A DNA stretch of 64,000 nucleotides from Candidatus Velthaea sp. GTDB lineage: Bacteria; Vulcanimicrobiota; Vulcanimicrobiia; Vulcanimicrobiales; Vulcanimicrobiaceae. Position 1 is the first letter of the stretch. Each line of letters begins with the position of its first letter. The stretch covers positions 96,001 to 160,000 of the forward strand of contig CBDCCS010000001.1 of the NCBI GenBank assembly GCA_965214935.1, written 5' to 3'. The notes under the pieces are model-generated. The model had not been told where the DNA came from and did no database searches. It saw nothing but the letters and a program-made list of their open reading frames with translations. Positions 1 to 10,426 of the stretch are shown here, piece after piece. The translations under genes and the position numbers were made by a program.

Positions 1-165
1 GTTGGGCCGCACTCGAAATTGGTCGAGCAACGCAGCTAATTTTAGCGGACAATTAATTAAGCAACCGTGCGCTACACGTTTAAGTTAATGATGATTTCCG
101 AGCTCGGTTCAAAACAGTCGTCGGCGGCGGTAAAGCGGGTAAACGTCGGATCAGGGGGATCCAGT

Positions 166-1497
166 ATGAAACAAATCGCTATCATCGGCACAGGTTACGT
201 CGGGCTTGTCACCGGTACATGTTTTGCAGAACTCGGCAACTCGGTCGTTTGCCTTGACAACGATGCACAGAAGATCGCCGTCCTCAAACGCGGCGAAGCA
301 CCGTTTTTCGAGCCGCAATTGCTCGAGATGATCGTACGCAATCAACACGCCGGCCGGTTATCGTTCTCGAACGATGTCGAAGCGGGTGTCCGCAATTCAG
401 AAATCGTTTTCATCGCCGTCGGCACGCCGATGGGCGCGGACGGCAATGCAGACTTGTCGGCCGTCCGCGCAGTGGCCGCAACGATCGGCCGGGCGCTCAA
501 CGGACCCAAGATCGTCGTATCGAAGTCGACGGTGCCGGTTGAAACCGGCGAGATGGTCTCTTCGATCATCGCCGAGAACGCCAGCGAATCGCATCAAGTC
601 GATGTCGTGAGCAACCCCGAATTCTTGCGTGAAGGCTCGGCGGTCAGCGACTTCATGCAACCCGACCGAATCGTCGTCGGCACGGGAAGTCAACAGGCCG
701 AAGCGGTCATGCGCGACCTCTACGCGCCGCTCGACGCACCGTTCGTGGTAACGAACGTGCGGACAAGCGAAATGATTAAGTACGCCGCCAACGCGTTTTT
801 AGCGACGAAGATTTCATTCATGAACGAGATCGCCAACATTTGCGAACTCGTTGACGTCGATGTGAAAGCTGTCGGCCGCGGCATCGGCTTCGATCACCGG
901 ATCGGTACGCAATTCATGAGCCCGGGCATCGGTTACGGGGGATCGTGTTTTCCCAAAGACGTCCGAGCGCTTGAAAAAATTGCGGACGGACGCAGCTACG
1001 ACGCGACGCTCCTGCGGTCGGTCGAGACCGTGAACCGCGGTCAGATTCAACGGACGTTCGGCAAGATCGAAAAGGCGCTCGGCGGTTCCGTTAGCGGCAA
1101 GTCGATCGGCGTACTTGGCCTTGCGTTCAAACCCAACACGGACGACGTCCGTGAAGCGCCTGCACTGCATGTCATCGATCTGCTCATTAAAGCCGGCGCC
1201 TCCGTGCGCGCGCACGATCCGATCGCCGTCGAACCGGCCAAGCGCGAAGCCGGCAATACCATCGCCTATTGCGATCAGCTGTATGAAGCCATCGACGAAG
1301 TCGACGTGCTTCTGCTGGCAACGGAATGGAATGAATATAAGAATATCGACTTCCGGATGGTGCGCAAACTCATGCGCGGCAACGTCGTTTTCGACGGACG
1401 CAATATCTTCGACCCTGAGAAAGTTGTCGCCGAGGGTTTACGATATATCGGCGTTGGTCGAGCGAAGGAACCGGCACTCGTCCCGGTCGGCGTCTAG
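166..1497 (+). CDS. ugd: UDP-glucose 6-dehydrogenase
   Basis: IAIIGTGYVG Rossmann motif, SNPEFLREG, GYGGSCFPKD catalytic motif, LAFKPNTDD. Start moved to ATG 166 after an AGGGGGA Shine-Dalgarno (SD). Confidence 0.95.
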   Translation: MKQIAIIGTGYVGLVTGTCFAELGNSVVCLDNDAQKIAVLKRGEAPFFEPQLLEMIVRNQHAGRLSFSNDVEAGVRNSEIVFIAVGTPMGADGNADLSAVRAVAATIGRALNGPKIVVSKSTVPVETGEMVSSIIAENASESHQVDVVSNPEFLREGSAVSDFMQPDRIVVGTGSQQAEAVMRDLYAPLDAPFVVTNVRTSEMIKYAANAFLATKISFMNEIANICELVDVDVKAVGRGIGFDHRIGTQFMSPGIGYGGSCFPKDVRALEKIADGRSYDATLLRSVETVNRGQIQRTFGKIEKALGGSVSGKSIGVLGLAFKPNTDDVREAPALHVIDLLIKAGASVRAHDPIAVEPAKREAGNTIAYCDQLYEAIDEVDVLLLATEWNEYKNIDFRMVRKLMRGNVVFDGRNIFDPEKVVAEGLRYIGVGRAKEPALVPVGV

Positions 1498-1528
1498 CGC
1501 ATATCTCGTCGAACGACCGATGATTAAC

Positions 1529-1558
1529 AAACACCGCCGGCTCAAGCCGGCGGTGTTT
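1529..1558. terminator. Intrinsic, probably bidirectional, terminator
   Basis: Perfect inverted repeat AAACACCGCCGGCT-CA-AGCCGGCGGTGTTT between the convergent ugd and uxs genes. Confidence 0.8.
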
Positions 1559-1642
1559 TCCTATCGGGGCCGCCGGCACGACCCGCAGGCCGAGCGATAA
1601 CGTTGCCCGGACATCGAAGCCGCCGGTTACTGCTCTACATGT

Positions 1643-2599
1643 TCAATTTGTGACGGGCAGATAGCGGCGAAAATATTCGAGCGTCGATACGAGTCCGTCG
1701 CGAAGTGCGATCTTCGGCTCCCATTCGAGCAGCGTACGCGCTAGCGTAATATCAGGTTTGCGTCGTGTCGGGTCGTCCGGCGGCAGTTCTCGCTCGACGA
1801 CGTAGAGTTGCACGCCGGCAATTTCGGCGACGATTTGAGCCAACTCAGCGATCGTAAATTCGACCGGATTGCCGACGTTGACAATGCGGCCCATCAGGCC
1901 GTCACGCTTCGCCAGCCGCACGATGCCGTCGATCAGATCGCTTACGTAACAAAAGCTGCGCGTTTGCCGTCCGTCGCCAAAAACCGTCAGCGGCTCGCCG
2001 CGCAGCGCCGATAAACAAAAGCTCGGGATGACTCGGCCATCTCCGGGCTGCATGCGCGGGCCGTAGGTGTTGAAGATACGAACGATGCGACCGTCAATGC
2101 CGAGTTTTCGAACGGCGGATGTGAGATACGCCTCACCGTAGCGCTTGGCTTCATCGTAACACGCGCGGACGCCGACCGGGTTGACGTTACCCCAGTAGCT
2201 TTCGCGTTGCGGATGCTCGAGCGGATCGCCATACGTTTCGGACGTCGAGGCGAAAAAAATGCGCGCACGCGATGCGGCGGCGAGTTCGACGGCATGCATG
2301 ACGCCCAGCGCGTTCACCGCCATCGTTGCAAGCGGTTCGCGGCCGTAATCGACCGGACTCGCCGGCGATGCGAAGTGCATGATGAGATCGGGTTTCGCCA
2401 ACTCGGCCGCCCACGTCCAAGGTAATGAAACATCGGCAGTAATGAACGAAAATGCGTCGCGTGCGCGCAAGTGTTCGAGATTTGCGGCTGATCCGGTCAC
2501 AAAATTATCGATACCGACAACGGTGTCGCCGTCCGCGAGCAATCGGTCGACGAGATGTGAGCCGAGAAAGCCGGCAGCTCCTGTGACGAATACACGCAT
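1643..2599 (-). CDS. uxs: UDP-glucuronate decarboxylase (UDP-xylose synthase)
   Basis: TGAAGFLGSH, ASPASP, ASTSETYGDP, YWGNVNPVG, CYDEAKR, RIFNTYGPRM and DDPTRRKPDI motifs. Confidence 0.9.
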   Translation of the reverse strand: MRVFVTGAAGFLGSHLVDRLLADGDTVVGIDNFVTGSAANLEHLRARDAFSFITADVSLPWTWAAELAKPDLIMHFASPASPVDYGREPLATMAVNALGVMHAVELAAASRARIFFASTSETYGDPLEHPQRESYWGNVNPVGVRACYDEAKRYGEAYLTSAVRKLGIDGRIVRIFNTYGPRMQPGDGRVIPSFCLSALRGEPLTVFGDGRQTRSFCYVSDLIDGIVRLAKRDGLMGRIVNVGNPVEFTIAELAQIVAEIAGVQLYVVERELPPDDPTRRKPDITLARTLLEWEPKIALRDGLVSTLEYFRRYLPVTN

Positions 2600-2659
2600 T
2601 TTTATCGGGTTCGGGCTTTGGCCGGCTTTTCTTTGCCCGCCGTAAGCAGCTAATTGCGG

Positions 2660-3757
2660 CTAAACGTCTGCCACGGCGAAGAGATGATTGAATATCGGTA
2701 AGCCGTCAACCGCCGATACTCGCTCGAGCGGACCGTAGGCGAACACTTCCACCTGTGAAAACGCCGAGCGCAACGCAGTCGTGAAACTCCGATGCGTAAA
2801 AAAACTCTTATGATCGCTTTCAAGCATGTGCCAGGGAATTGTATATTGCGAAAACATCATGGGTATCGACTCGAAGCTCGGTACGGAAAATAGCGCACGC
2901 CGCTTGACGACCCGTCGAACTTCGGCAACAAAGCCAATGTAATCATCGATGTGCTCGAGTACTTCGATGCAGATTGCCGCATCGTACGATGCATCGGCCA
3001 ACGGCAGCCGTTCGCCGTCAACCGGTATCGAGCGCAAGCCGAGCGCGGAGACGACGTCGCAAAAATCCGTTCGGACTTCGCAACCCGTCCAATCGTAGCC
3101 ATCCGGCGTTAAGACTCTTCCATAAGCACCGATGCCGCAGCCGACATCGATAATTCGTTCGTCGCGTCGCAGGTAGCGTCGAATCAGTTGAACGGCAAGT
3201 GGATCCGCCGCGGCGGACGGTGGACCGCTGCCGTAGACATCGTTACGCCGCAAAACGGTCTCCGCATTATCGGCAAACACTTCGCCATGCGAACACAGCC
3301 GGTAGTCAACGTCCGAAAAACGCAACCAGCGTTCACCGATCGTTATACGTTCGCTGGTCTCGGACTGCGCCGTAACCGTCAGACGTATTGTTTTTCGCTC
3401 GCGCAACCGCTCGGGAACAAGACACGTAAAAGCAAAGCCGGACTCGGCGGCTTGCGGTACGCCAAGGGCGTCCCCAACATCCGAGCGCTCGAACGTCACG
3501 GAACTTGCACTTACCATTTCGCCGTCGATGAACGCCTCGACACGCCGCAAGTCGGATCGATCGGCAAACGCCCACCCGGTCGTGAGGAAACCGTGGCGCT
3601 GCACGAGATCGCCGTCAGCGGGCAAGTCCACGTGTCCACGAACCGTCGGCGCCAAGCGCGAAGCGGAACCAAGAACGGAACGGCCAAAGCGTATCATCCG
3701 GCGCTGCGCGGCGCCTCGCGCAAAGACATCATGGGCAGTAAGCGCGCGACCCTGCAT
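2660..3757 (-). CDS. Class I SAM-dependent methyltransferase with N-terminal Ig-like (GW..RxDV..GF) domain
   Basis: IIDVGCGIG and CIEVLEHI motifs; N-terminal GWAF..ERSDVG..SGF. Confidence 0.8.
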   Translation of the reverse strand: MQGRALTAHDVFARGAAQRRMIRFGRSVLGSASRLAPTVRGHVDLPADGDLVQRHGFLTTGWAFADRSDLRRVEAFIDGEMVSASSVTFERSDVGDALGVPQAAESGFAFTCLVPERLRERKTIRLTVTAQSETSERITIGERWLRFSDVDYRLCSHGEVFADNAETVLRRNDVYGSGPPSAAADPLAVQLIRRYLRRDERIIDVGCGIGAYGRVLTPDGYDWTGCEVRTDFCDVVSALGLRSIPVDGERLPLADASYDAAICIEVLEHIDDYIGFVAEVRRVVKRRALFSVPSFESIPMMFSQYTIPWHMLESDHKSFFTHRSFTTALRSAFSQVEVFAYGPLERVSAVDGLPIFNHLFAVADV

Positions 3758-3787
3758 CGAGCGATCGGCCTTGTCGGGATGCCCGCC

Positions 3788-4576
3788 CTAAGCACTATTG
3801 ACGTTGTGTCTGCCGGTCGAAAGAGCCGGCGTTTGCGGTCGAGACCGCCGGTAATCGCCGCGTGATAACGTGCGCTCGATCAAGGCATAAAGAACGATGA
3901 ACAAGTACCGGCTGCCCATTTCCTTTACTTTGAATTTTGAGACGCCCTCTTTCCGGTTGTACCAGTTCGTCGGAACGACCGTCCATGAATAGCCGCGTAC
4001 GATCGCTTTGAGCGGCAATTCGACGGTAATGTTGAAATGGTGCGATAGAATCGGACGAATGCCGTCAACGACTTCGCGCCGAAAGCACTTAAAGGCGTTC
4101 GTCATGTCATTGTAGCGAACGCCGAAGCAAATTGCCACAAACGTGTTTGCCAGCCTGTTCAACGTGAGCTTAAGCCGCGGGTACTCGACGACTTTGGCAC
4201 CCGGCATGAAACGCGAACCGAAAACGCAATCGTAGCCTTGCAGTAGCGTCCGCCAATAGCTGACGATGTCGCGCGGATCATCGGATGCATCGGCCATAAC
4301 GATAACGACGGCATCGCCGCGAAACACATCGAGCCCGGTATGGATCGCATTACCAAAGCCGTTGCACCGCGTGTTTGCAACGCAACGAACCGACGGCCAA
4401 TCGATGGCGACTTCTTCGACGACCGCGGCGGTACCATCGACTGAATGATCGTCGACCACCACGATCTCGAAATTGATGCGTTCGGCGCTCAAGGTTCGAG
4501 CGATGCCGACGAGCGTCGCAGCAATGCTCGCTTCTTCGTTGTATGCCGGAATAACGACTGACAGCAGATCGGTCAT
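3788..4576 (-). CDS. GT2 glycosyltransferase, polyprenol-phosphate (DPM1-like) type
   Basis: [42 protein letters not shown] overlap with the upstream epimerase. Confidence 0.85.
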   Translation of the reverse strand: MTDLLSVVIPAYNEEASIAATLVGIARTLSAERINFEIVVVDDHSVDGTAAVVEEVAIDWPSVRCVANTRCNGFGNAIHTGLDVFRGDAVVIVMADASDDPRDIVSYWRTLLQGYDCVFGSRFMPGAKVVEYPRLKLTLNRLANTFVAICFGVRYNDMTNAFKCFRREVVDGIRPILSHHFNITVELPLKAIVRGYSWTVVPTNWYNRKEGVSKFKVKEMGSRYLFIVLYALIERTLSRGDYRRSRPQTPALSTGRHNVNSA

Positions 4577-5664
4577 GCGAGGTTGAGCGCCTTGTCCGGC
4601 GATGCCCAGCGGTCCGCGTTCTTTTCATAGATTTCCGTGAGCAACTGCTGCAGATTGTAGCGCTGCTTCCAGTTCGGATAATGGCGCGCAAATTTACCGG
4701 CGTCGGAAATATACCAGATGTGATCGCCGACGCGGTTCGTCTCCGTGTAAGTCCATTCCAGTTTTTGGCCGGCAATCGACTCGCAGAGATCGATCGCTTC
4801 GATCATCGAGCAATTACTAAACCGCGTACCGCCCATGTTATAAACCTCACCCGATCGCGGTGCGCGAAAGAACTCATCGAAAGCGGCAACGAGATCGGCG
4901 CTATGTATGTTATCGCGGACTTGTTTGCCTTTGTAACCAAAAACCGTATACGGCTCCCGCGTCGCAACGCACTTCATGAGATAAGCGAGAAAACCGTGCA
5001 ACTTCGTACCGGAATGATTCGGTCCGGTTAAGCATCCGCCCCGGAACACCGCCGTCGCCATTGAAAAGTAACGACCGTACTCTTGAACGAGCACGTCCGC
5101 TGCGACTTTCGATGCGCCGAATACCGAGTGAATCGACTGATCGATCGACATTGTCTCGTCGATGCCGTTCCAGAACTTATGGGCCGGGTCGATCTCCCAA
5201 CGGGTATCGAGTTCTTGCAGCGGCAGGGTGTTGGGCGTATCTCCGTAGACTTTGTTTGTTGAGGTGAAGATAAACGGAGCGCGCGGCGCAAATTTTCGGG
5301 TTGCTTCGAGCAATGCTAGGGTGCCGTTCGCGTTGACCGTAAAGTCCATCTGCGGATCGTTGGCGGCCCAATCGTGGGACGGCTGAGCGGCGGTATGAAT
5401 GACAAGCTTAATTCGGGCGCCGATGCTCTCGAATAAGTCGCCCATCGCCGTCGCATCGCGAATATCTGCGTTGACATGCCGGTACCGATCGGGAAATCTT
5501 GACTCGAGGGAACGCCGATTCCAAGCCGTCGAGGCCGCCGCTCCAAAGAACACTTGACGGAAGTCGTTATCGATTCCGACCACGTCGAATCCGCGCTCCG
5601 CAAAATATGCGACCGACTCGGAGCCGATCAAACCTGCGGATCCGGTAATGATAACAACCGACAT
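4573..5664 (-). CDS. NAD-dependent epimerase, CDP-paratose 2-epimerase (RfbE)-like
   Basis: [41 protein letters not shown]. YxxxK reads FGASK. Start reassigned to MSVVII. Confidence 0.8.
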   Translation of the reverse strand: MSVVIITGSAGLIGSESVAYFAERGFDVVGIDNDFRQVFFGAAASTAWNRRSLESRFPDRYRHVNADIRDATAMGDLFESIGARIKLVIHTAAQPSHDWAANDPQMDFTVNANGTLALLEATRKFAPRAPFIFTSTNKVYGDTPNTLPLQELDTRWEIDPAHKFWNGIDETMSIDQSIHSVFGASKVAADVLVQEYGRYFSMATAVFRGGCLTGPNHSGTKLHGFLAYLMKCVATREPYTVFGYKGKQVRDNIHSADLVAAFDEFFRAPRSGEVYNMGGTRFSNCSMIEAIDLCESIAGQKLEWTYTETNRVGDHIWYISDAGKFARHYPNWKQRYNLQQLLTEIYEKNADRWASPDKALNLA

Positions 5665-5693
5665 TGTTAGGTCCCTGAGCCTTTCGTTGAGTA

Positions 5694-6767
5694 TTAGCGC
5701 CAGAGCGGCCCGACTAGCGACTCGTTCGCATGGATCCAATCAAATATCTCGCCCATGATCGCGCGCGGCGTCCGTGCCGGCGCCCATTGCGTGTCCTGCG
5801 ATACGCGCGCATTATCGGTGACGTAAATCTTCACATCGAGCGGACGATTCTCCGGCACGCCGTCGATTGCAACCTTATTACCGCTTATCTCTTGGCACAG
5901 AGCCGTAGTCTCGCGCAACGACAGGCTCGAAGCAACGCCACCCCCGACGTTGTAAACGCGATGCGGCAAGGCCGCCAAGTCGACCAACTGCGTCTCGATT
6001 AAGTCCGCGAGATCTTGTGCGGACAGGAGATCGCGAACTTGCTTGCCCGTCCCGCCGTAGCCGATATATTTAAGCGGCTGTGCGAAATAGTGCTTTCCCA
6101 TCCACAGCGCGAAAACGCCTTGGTCCGCTTTACCCATTTGCCACGGACCGGTGATCACACCGCACCGATTGATGACATACTGCAGGCCGTACATGTCGGC
6201 ATATTCCTCGATGAGGAGTTCCGAACAGAGCTTCGTCGTCCCGTAAAGCGAGCGCGCACCATCTAGAGGGAATGCCTCTGAAATACCGGCAGCGCTGACG
6301 CCGGCGAGCGTTTGGTGCACGGCGATATCAAATCGATCTTCGCTCTCATCAACGGCGATCGCCTCGATTTGCGATATCGGATAGACGCGGCTGGTCGACA
6401 GAAACACAATATCAGCCGATGTCCGGCGAGCCACTTCCAAACAGTTCACGGTGCCGAGTAAGTTCGTGTTGATGAGGTAGATCGGACCGGCGACGCCCGC
6501 CAGAACAGACGGCTCGGCCGAGCACTCCACGATCAAGTCAAAGTCAAGACCACTAAACGCAAGGTCCTCGGCGTTGCGCACGTCGGCATGAACGAACTCG
6601 ATTCGATGTTCGGCCAAGCGAGGCAGGTTGAACTCAGAACCGCGACGCTTGATACTATCCGCGACGACGATGCGAGCGGCCGGGAACCGCCGGCGGAGTC
6701 GAAGCGCAAGGGTCGAACCGACAAAGCCGGCGCCGCCCGTCACGAGAATCGTTGCGTATTGCTTCAT
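5694..6767 (-). CDS. NAD-dependent epimerase, RfbE-like (second paralogue)
   Basis: [43 protein letters not shown]. Start uncertain (6767 or 6806). Confidence 0.8.
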   Translation of the reverse strand: MKQYATILVTGGAGFVGSTLALRLRRRFPAARIVVADSIKRRGSEFNLPRLAEHRIEFVHADVRNAEDLAFSGLDFDLIVECSAEPSVLAGVAGPIYLINTNLLGTVNCLEVARRTSADIVFLSTSRVYPISQIEAIAVDESEDRFDIAVHQTLAGVSAAGISEAFPLDGARSLYGTTKLCSELLIEEYADMYGLQYVINRCGVITGPWQMGKADQGVFALWMGKHYFAQPLKYIGYGGTGKQVRDLLSAQDLADLIETQLVDLAALPHRVYNVGGGVASSLSLRETTALCQEISGNKVAIDGVPENRPLDVKIYVTDNARVSQDTQWAPARTPRAIMGEIFDWIHANESLVGPLWR

Positions 6768-6912
6768 CGGCGTCGTAAGGGTGGCAATCCATCTCCTTTC
6801 CGCCATGATGGTCGCCGCGAGTCTGCGAATCCTCCGGTGAACGATGCACTTGCAAGCGGAATGCACGTCCGAATCCGCCAAAGTGCGCTGCGTGCGCGAT
6901 TGCGACGTTTCG

Positions 6913-7584
6913 ATGGTGCAAAACCGACAAGCAAGTGAACTCGAGCGTCAATATCGCCGTCGCTTCGACGCGCAACTGACGTATCGAAATGCGGTTTGGC
7001 AAATTCTCACCGCGAATTTCTTCCAGCGTTTCGTCGCGCCGGAAGCGACGGTGTTGGATTTAGGTTGCGGTTACGGTCAGTTCATCAATAACATCGTGTC
7101 GCGACATAAACATGCCATGGACCTAAATCCGGGCGCCCGCGCGTACCTAGACCCGAGCGTGCATTTCATCGAACAGGATTGTGCGGTGCGCTGGCCGTTT
7201 GAAGATGGCGTGCTCGACTGCGTGTTTACCAGTAACTTCCTCGAACACTTACCCGATAAGACGTTCGTTACCCGAGCGCTTGCCGAAGCTCGCCGGTGTT
7301 TGGCGCCGTCAGGCACGATCGTTTGTCTGGGTCCGAACATTCGCTACGTGCCGGGCGCGTATTGGGATTTCTGGGATCATCACGTCGCCTTGAGCGATCG
7401 CAGCATCAGCGAGATACTCGAACTTTCCGGCTTCCGCGTAACCCACGCAATTCCGCGCTTCCTACCCTTTACGATGGCGGATGGTCCACCCGCTCCGCTT
7501 GCATTCGTTCGGGCATATCTGCGTTTACCCGTCGCATGGCCGATCTTCGGCCGGCAGTTTCTCGTCGCCGCACAAGCCGTATAA
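6913..7584 (+). CDS. Class I SAM-dependent methyltransferase
   Basis: VLDLGCGYG, FTSNFLEHL, YWDFWDHH. Start estimated at MVQNR. Confidence 0.8.
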   Translation: MVQNRQASELERQYRRRFDAQLTYRNAVWQILTANFFQRFVAPEATVLDLGCGYGQFINNIVSRHKHAMDLNPGARAYLDPSVHFIEQDCAVRWPFEDGVLDCVFTSNFLEHLPDKTFVTRALAEARRCLAPSGTIVCLGPNIRYVPGAYWDFWDHHVALSDRSISEILELSGFRVTHAIPRFLPFTMADGPPAPLAFVRAYLRLPVAWPIFGRQFLVAAQAV

Positions 7585-7690
7585 TTGTGAGCTGCGTGCC
7601 GTGAATGAAGTCAGTCACACCAACACCGCGCGTTAGCTGCGGCGATCGTGCGAAAAAGGTACTCGACCCGGCTGCACCCAAAAAGTTTAC

Positions 7691-8263
7691 GTGCCGCGCT
7701 GGACTCAGACGATCTTAATAGTGATGGCAATTTTGATGCTAGTTTTTGCGGGGTTGATGCAGTCTGACGCGCCTTTCTTGAGCCGTCATGCTCGTGAAAT
7801 TATCACCGCCGGCGGCGCATTGCCGTCGCTTGAAGCCGTCGAACATCTGCCGCGCGGCGATCAAGATGTAACCGACTCGATCGACGTTATTAGCGAGGGC
7901 GCACAACACCTTATCGTCGCCGGACGCGTTATACGAAGCGTTCGGTTCAATCGCACGGCAGCACTGGTCGTTGACGGCTGGGCGATTGACGCGCGTACAC
8001 GTCGACCAGCCGCAGCAGTGGCAGCGCTCATCGACGGGCGCGCGATAGCGCTGGCACGAACCGGCCCCGCTCGTCCAGATGTCGCGAACGCAATGCACAA
8101 CGTCGCCTATGTCGCTAGCGGCTTTCATCTCGAGATCCCGGCGGCTTTGGTTGCGCCCGGCCGCCACCGGCTAAGCTTCCTCGTCGTCGACGCTCAGCGA
8201 GATGCGACCGTACTCGCGGGTGCCAATTACGTTATTGATGCTCAGCGAAACGGGCCCACGTGA
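7691..8263 (+). CDS. Membrane-anchored hypothetical protein with Ig-like GW..RPDV..GF domain
   Basis: N-terminal hydrophobic helix; DGWAID..RPDVA..SGF..PGRHRL. Confidence 0.7.
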   Translation: MPRWTQTILIVMAILMLVFAGLMQSDAPFLSRHAREIITAGGALPSLEAVEHLPRGDQDVTDSIDVISEGAQHLIVAGRVIRSVRFNRTAALVVDGWAIDARTRRPAAAVAALIDGRAIALARTGPARPDVANAMHNVAYVASGFHLEIPAALVAPGRHRLSFLVVDAQRDATVLAGANYVIDAQRNGPT

Positions 8264-9564
8264 ACCTGAACGAGGTAACTTGTCCATAGCCGCACGGCAT
8301 TCGGATCGGGAAACACGGTAAGTAAGGTTGCGTTGTCGGCAGTTGTAATGTCCAGCATCTGCGTATAGGCAGCTACGCGCGCTTCGGTTGAACTCTGTTC
8401 ACGAATAAATGCACCGGCATTTGCTACGCCAAACGCTCCAATGAAGATGATGAGCGAAACCTCTGCGGCGATGCGTACACGAACCGTACGCCAAAGTTCG
8501 TTGCTGCCCGGTAAGCAAACACATAACGCACCAAGAGTACCAATCCAAAATAGTGATGAGACCGTAACATAACGACTTGCAAATGCCTGTTCGATGCCGA
8601 ACCCGAGTCGCCCGACCGCCGTCATTAGAGCGGCAACTGCGCTAAATACAGCGATACCTAACCATGGAACGCTGTTATTGCGGCACGTCGTGCTTTCATC
8701 GCGGCGCCGGAACGTCAGTATACATGCAACAGCAAACAGCGCGACGATAGCAAGTCCGAACGGAATGACGGCCAGCGGATTGCTGGAAACGGCGAAAGGC
8801 GCGCCTAGATACGTTAATACGTACTCGCAAAAACCTAGCGGATCTGTAAGGAACGACCACGGATTAGGGTGATATAACGGCTTCACATAACCATCGAGGT
8901 AAAGACCAAACGTGACGATCGCGCTTCCGATCCACGGAACGATGCGACGAAGGGAAAACGGACGTAACGCTACGATGACAAAAGCACCCGATATCCAAGC
9001 GTCCAGACCGGACGACAGTGAAAACGAAGCCACTACCGCGCACGCGACGGCGCCACAAAAAGCAGGCGCGCCACGCATGGACAAAAGCACTACGACAGCA
9101 ACGGCGCAAAGATTAACGAGGAACCAGGCGAGTTGAAAGCCGGTTGCCCAATTTTCATACTGGGTGATCGAAAACGTTAAGAGCGATGCTGCAAGAAAAA
9201 AAACGGCATTACGTTCCGGTAGCGTGCGCCGCATTAAGGCGACGAGTAATGCGAGCGTGAGCAAGCCGAGAACCAGGTTTATTATAATCTCGCGAACGAC
9301 ATTGTATCCGCCGAGATGCTCGAGCACAATCATGATGAGTGACGGGAATAGAATGCGATGTTCGTTATGCTGCACCCAGAAGTCCGAGAACGTTAAGCCC
9401 GCCGTATGCTCTTTATAGATGAGTAACACCCACGACCACTCATCACCGACCGGCAGATTCACCGAGTCTCTCAGGACGAGAACGCCGAGTATCACCGGCA
9501 CCAGCAATCCGATGATGGTGTTAACTCGCTCGTACGCCTGAGTCTTGCCCCCGTGCATAGTCAC
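8242..9564 (-). CDS. Polytopic membrane protein, putative GT-C glycosyltransferase
   Basis: About 11 hydrophobic segments; first loop GDEW..QHNEHRI; SRY motif late in the protein; visibly AT-richer than neighbours. Confidence 0.6.
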   Translation of the reverse strand: MTMHGGKTQAYERVNTIIGLLVPVILGVLVLRDSVNLPVGDEWSWVLLIYKEHTAGLTFSDFWVQHNEHRILFPSLIMIVLEHLGGYNVVREIIINLVLGLLTLALLVALMRRTLPERNAVFFLAASLLTFSITQYENWATGFQLAWFLVNLCAVAVVVLLSMRGAPAFCGAVACAVVASFSLSSGLDAWISGAFVIVALRPFSLRRIVPWIGSAIVTFGLYLDGYVKPLYHPNPWSFLTDPLGFCEYVLTYLGAPFAVSSNPLAVIPFGLAIVALFAVACILTFRRRDESTTCRNNSVPWLGIAVFSAVAALMTAVGRLGFGIEQAFASRYVTVSSLFWIGTLGALCVCLPGSNELWRTVRVRIAAEVSLIIFIGAFGVANAGAFIREQSSTEARVAAYTQMLDITTADNATLLTVFPDPNAVRLWTSYLVQVHVGPFR

Positions 9565-9829
9565 CCACTACGCCTCTGCGAAAGCATTGTCATGTTGCCT
9601 ACGCCGTCCGTATTGGGGCGAGTTTGATCGGTCGACTGTATAACTGCACTGCAAATTTTAACGCTAGCGATCGGCTCGTTGCAATCCACTTTTAACGTTT
9701 CGTTATGCAAAATGATAGCGAGTCGCTCGTTGTGTATCGCGGTCCGGCTGCAGCGCGATCGGTCAAATCTCCAAATAAGGCGTAAAGGGTTAGGAGTGTC
9801 AACTGAAATGCAGATCGTTTGCAACGAAT

Positions 9830-10426
9830 TTAACGCTTGGGATTGTGAAACGCGCGTTCCGTGCTCGAACATGGCGTACCGGCGACACTGACGCTTAGCG
9901 GCCGGGTCAAATAGATACTGCTGCTGTCGTTACTTACAATGCCCAGACCAAGCGTATGGAAACCAGCGCTTAGCGTCGATGCGCTAAGCGTAGCGTCGAA
10001 ACCGGAGCGCGCTAAGCCGGCCCGGTGGTACGCCGCCCCGACATCGGGACGAGCCAAGCCGGAAGACGCGCGAAAATAGCGTTCACCGTCGACGATTGTA
10101 ACGACGCCGGCCGCGGGCTGCATGCTGCCGGCGTCAAACGCCCAGCCGACGAAGCGGACATCGGCGTGACCGTCGATGAGATATCGTCCTCCCGCACCAA
10201 GCTTCACGGCCCGTCCGTTCTGTTGCACGCTGTCGATGCTCGAGAGCGTGGTGCCCTCGGCAACCGGCAAATCTTCGGCGAGAACCAAATGCGGCGCTGC
10301 GGGATGGATGCGTGACGTAAGCGCTACGACGATCGCGATAACAGAAAGTAACGCAATGATCGGAATGGCGACGATCGTGAGTATGCGTTCGCGCGGCCGG
10401 CGCGGCTGTGCGGTACGGCCGATCAC
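9830..10426 (-). CDS. Membrane-anchored hypothetical protein with Ig-like GW..RPDV..GF domain
   Basis: N-terminal TM segment; VGWAFD..RPDVG..SGF..AGFHTL; GTGA overlap with the upstream gene. Confidence 0.7.
   Translation of the reverse strand: MIGRTAQPRRPRERILTIVAIPIIALLSVIAIVVALTSRIHPAAPHLVLAEDLPVAEGTTLSSIDSVQQNGRAVKLGAGGRYLIDGHADVRFVGWAFDAGSMQPAAGVVTIVDGERYFRASSGLARPDVGAAYHRAGLARSGFDATLSASTLSAGFHTLGLGIVSNDSSSIYLTRPLSVSVAGTPCSSTERAFHNPKR

Noticed and set aside
123..138. GGCGGTAAAGCG upstream of ugd resembling an ops/JUMPstart element
   Set aside because: Mismatches the GGCGGTAG core and has no JUMPstart context; likely chance in GC-rich DNA.
9561..9891. Short ORFs (103 aa and 70 aa) in the AT-rich spacer
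   Set aside because: No motif or SD; more consistent with a promoter region.
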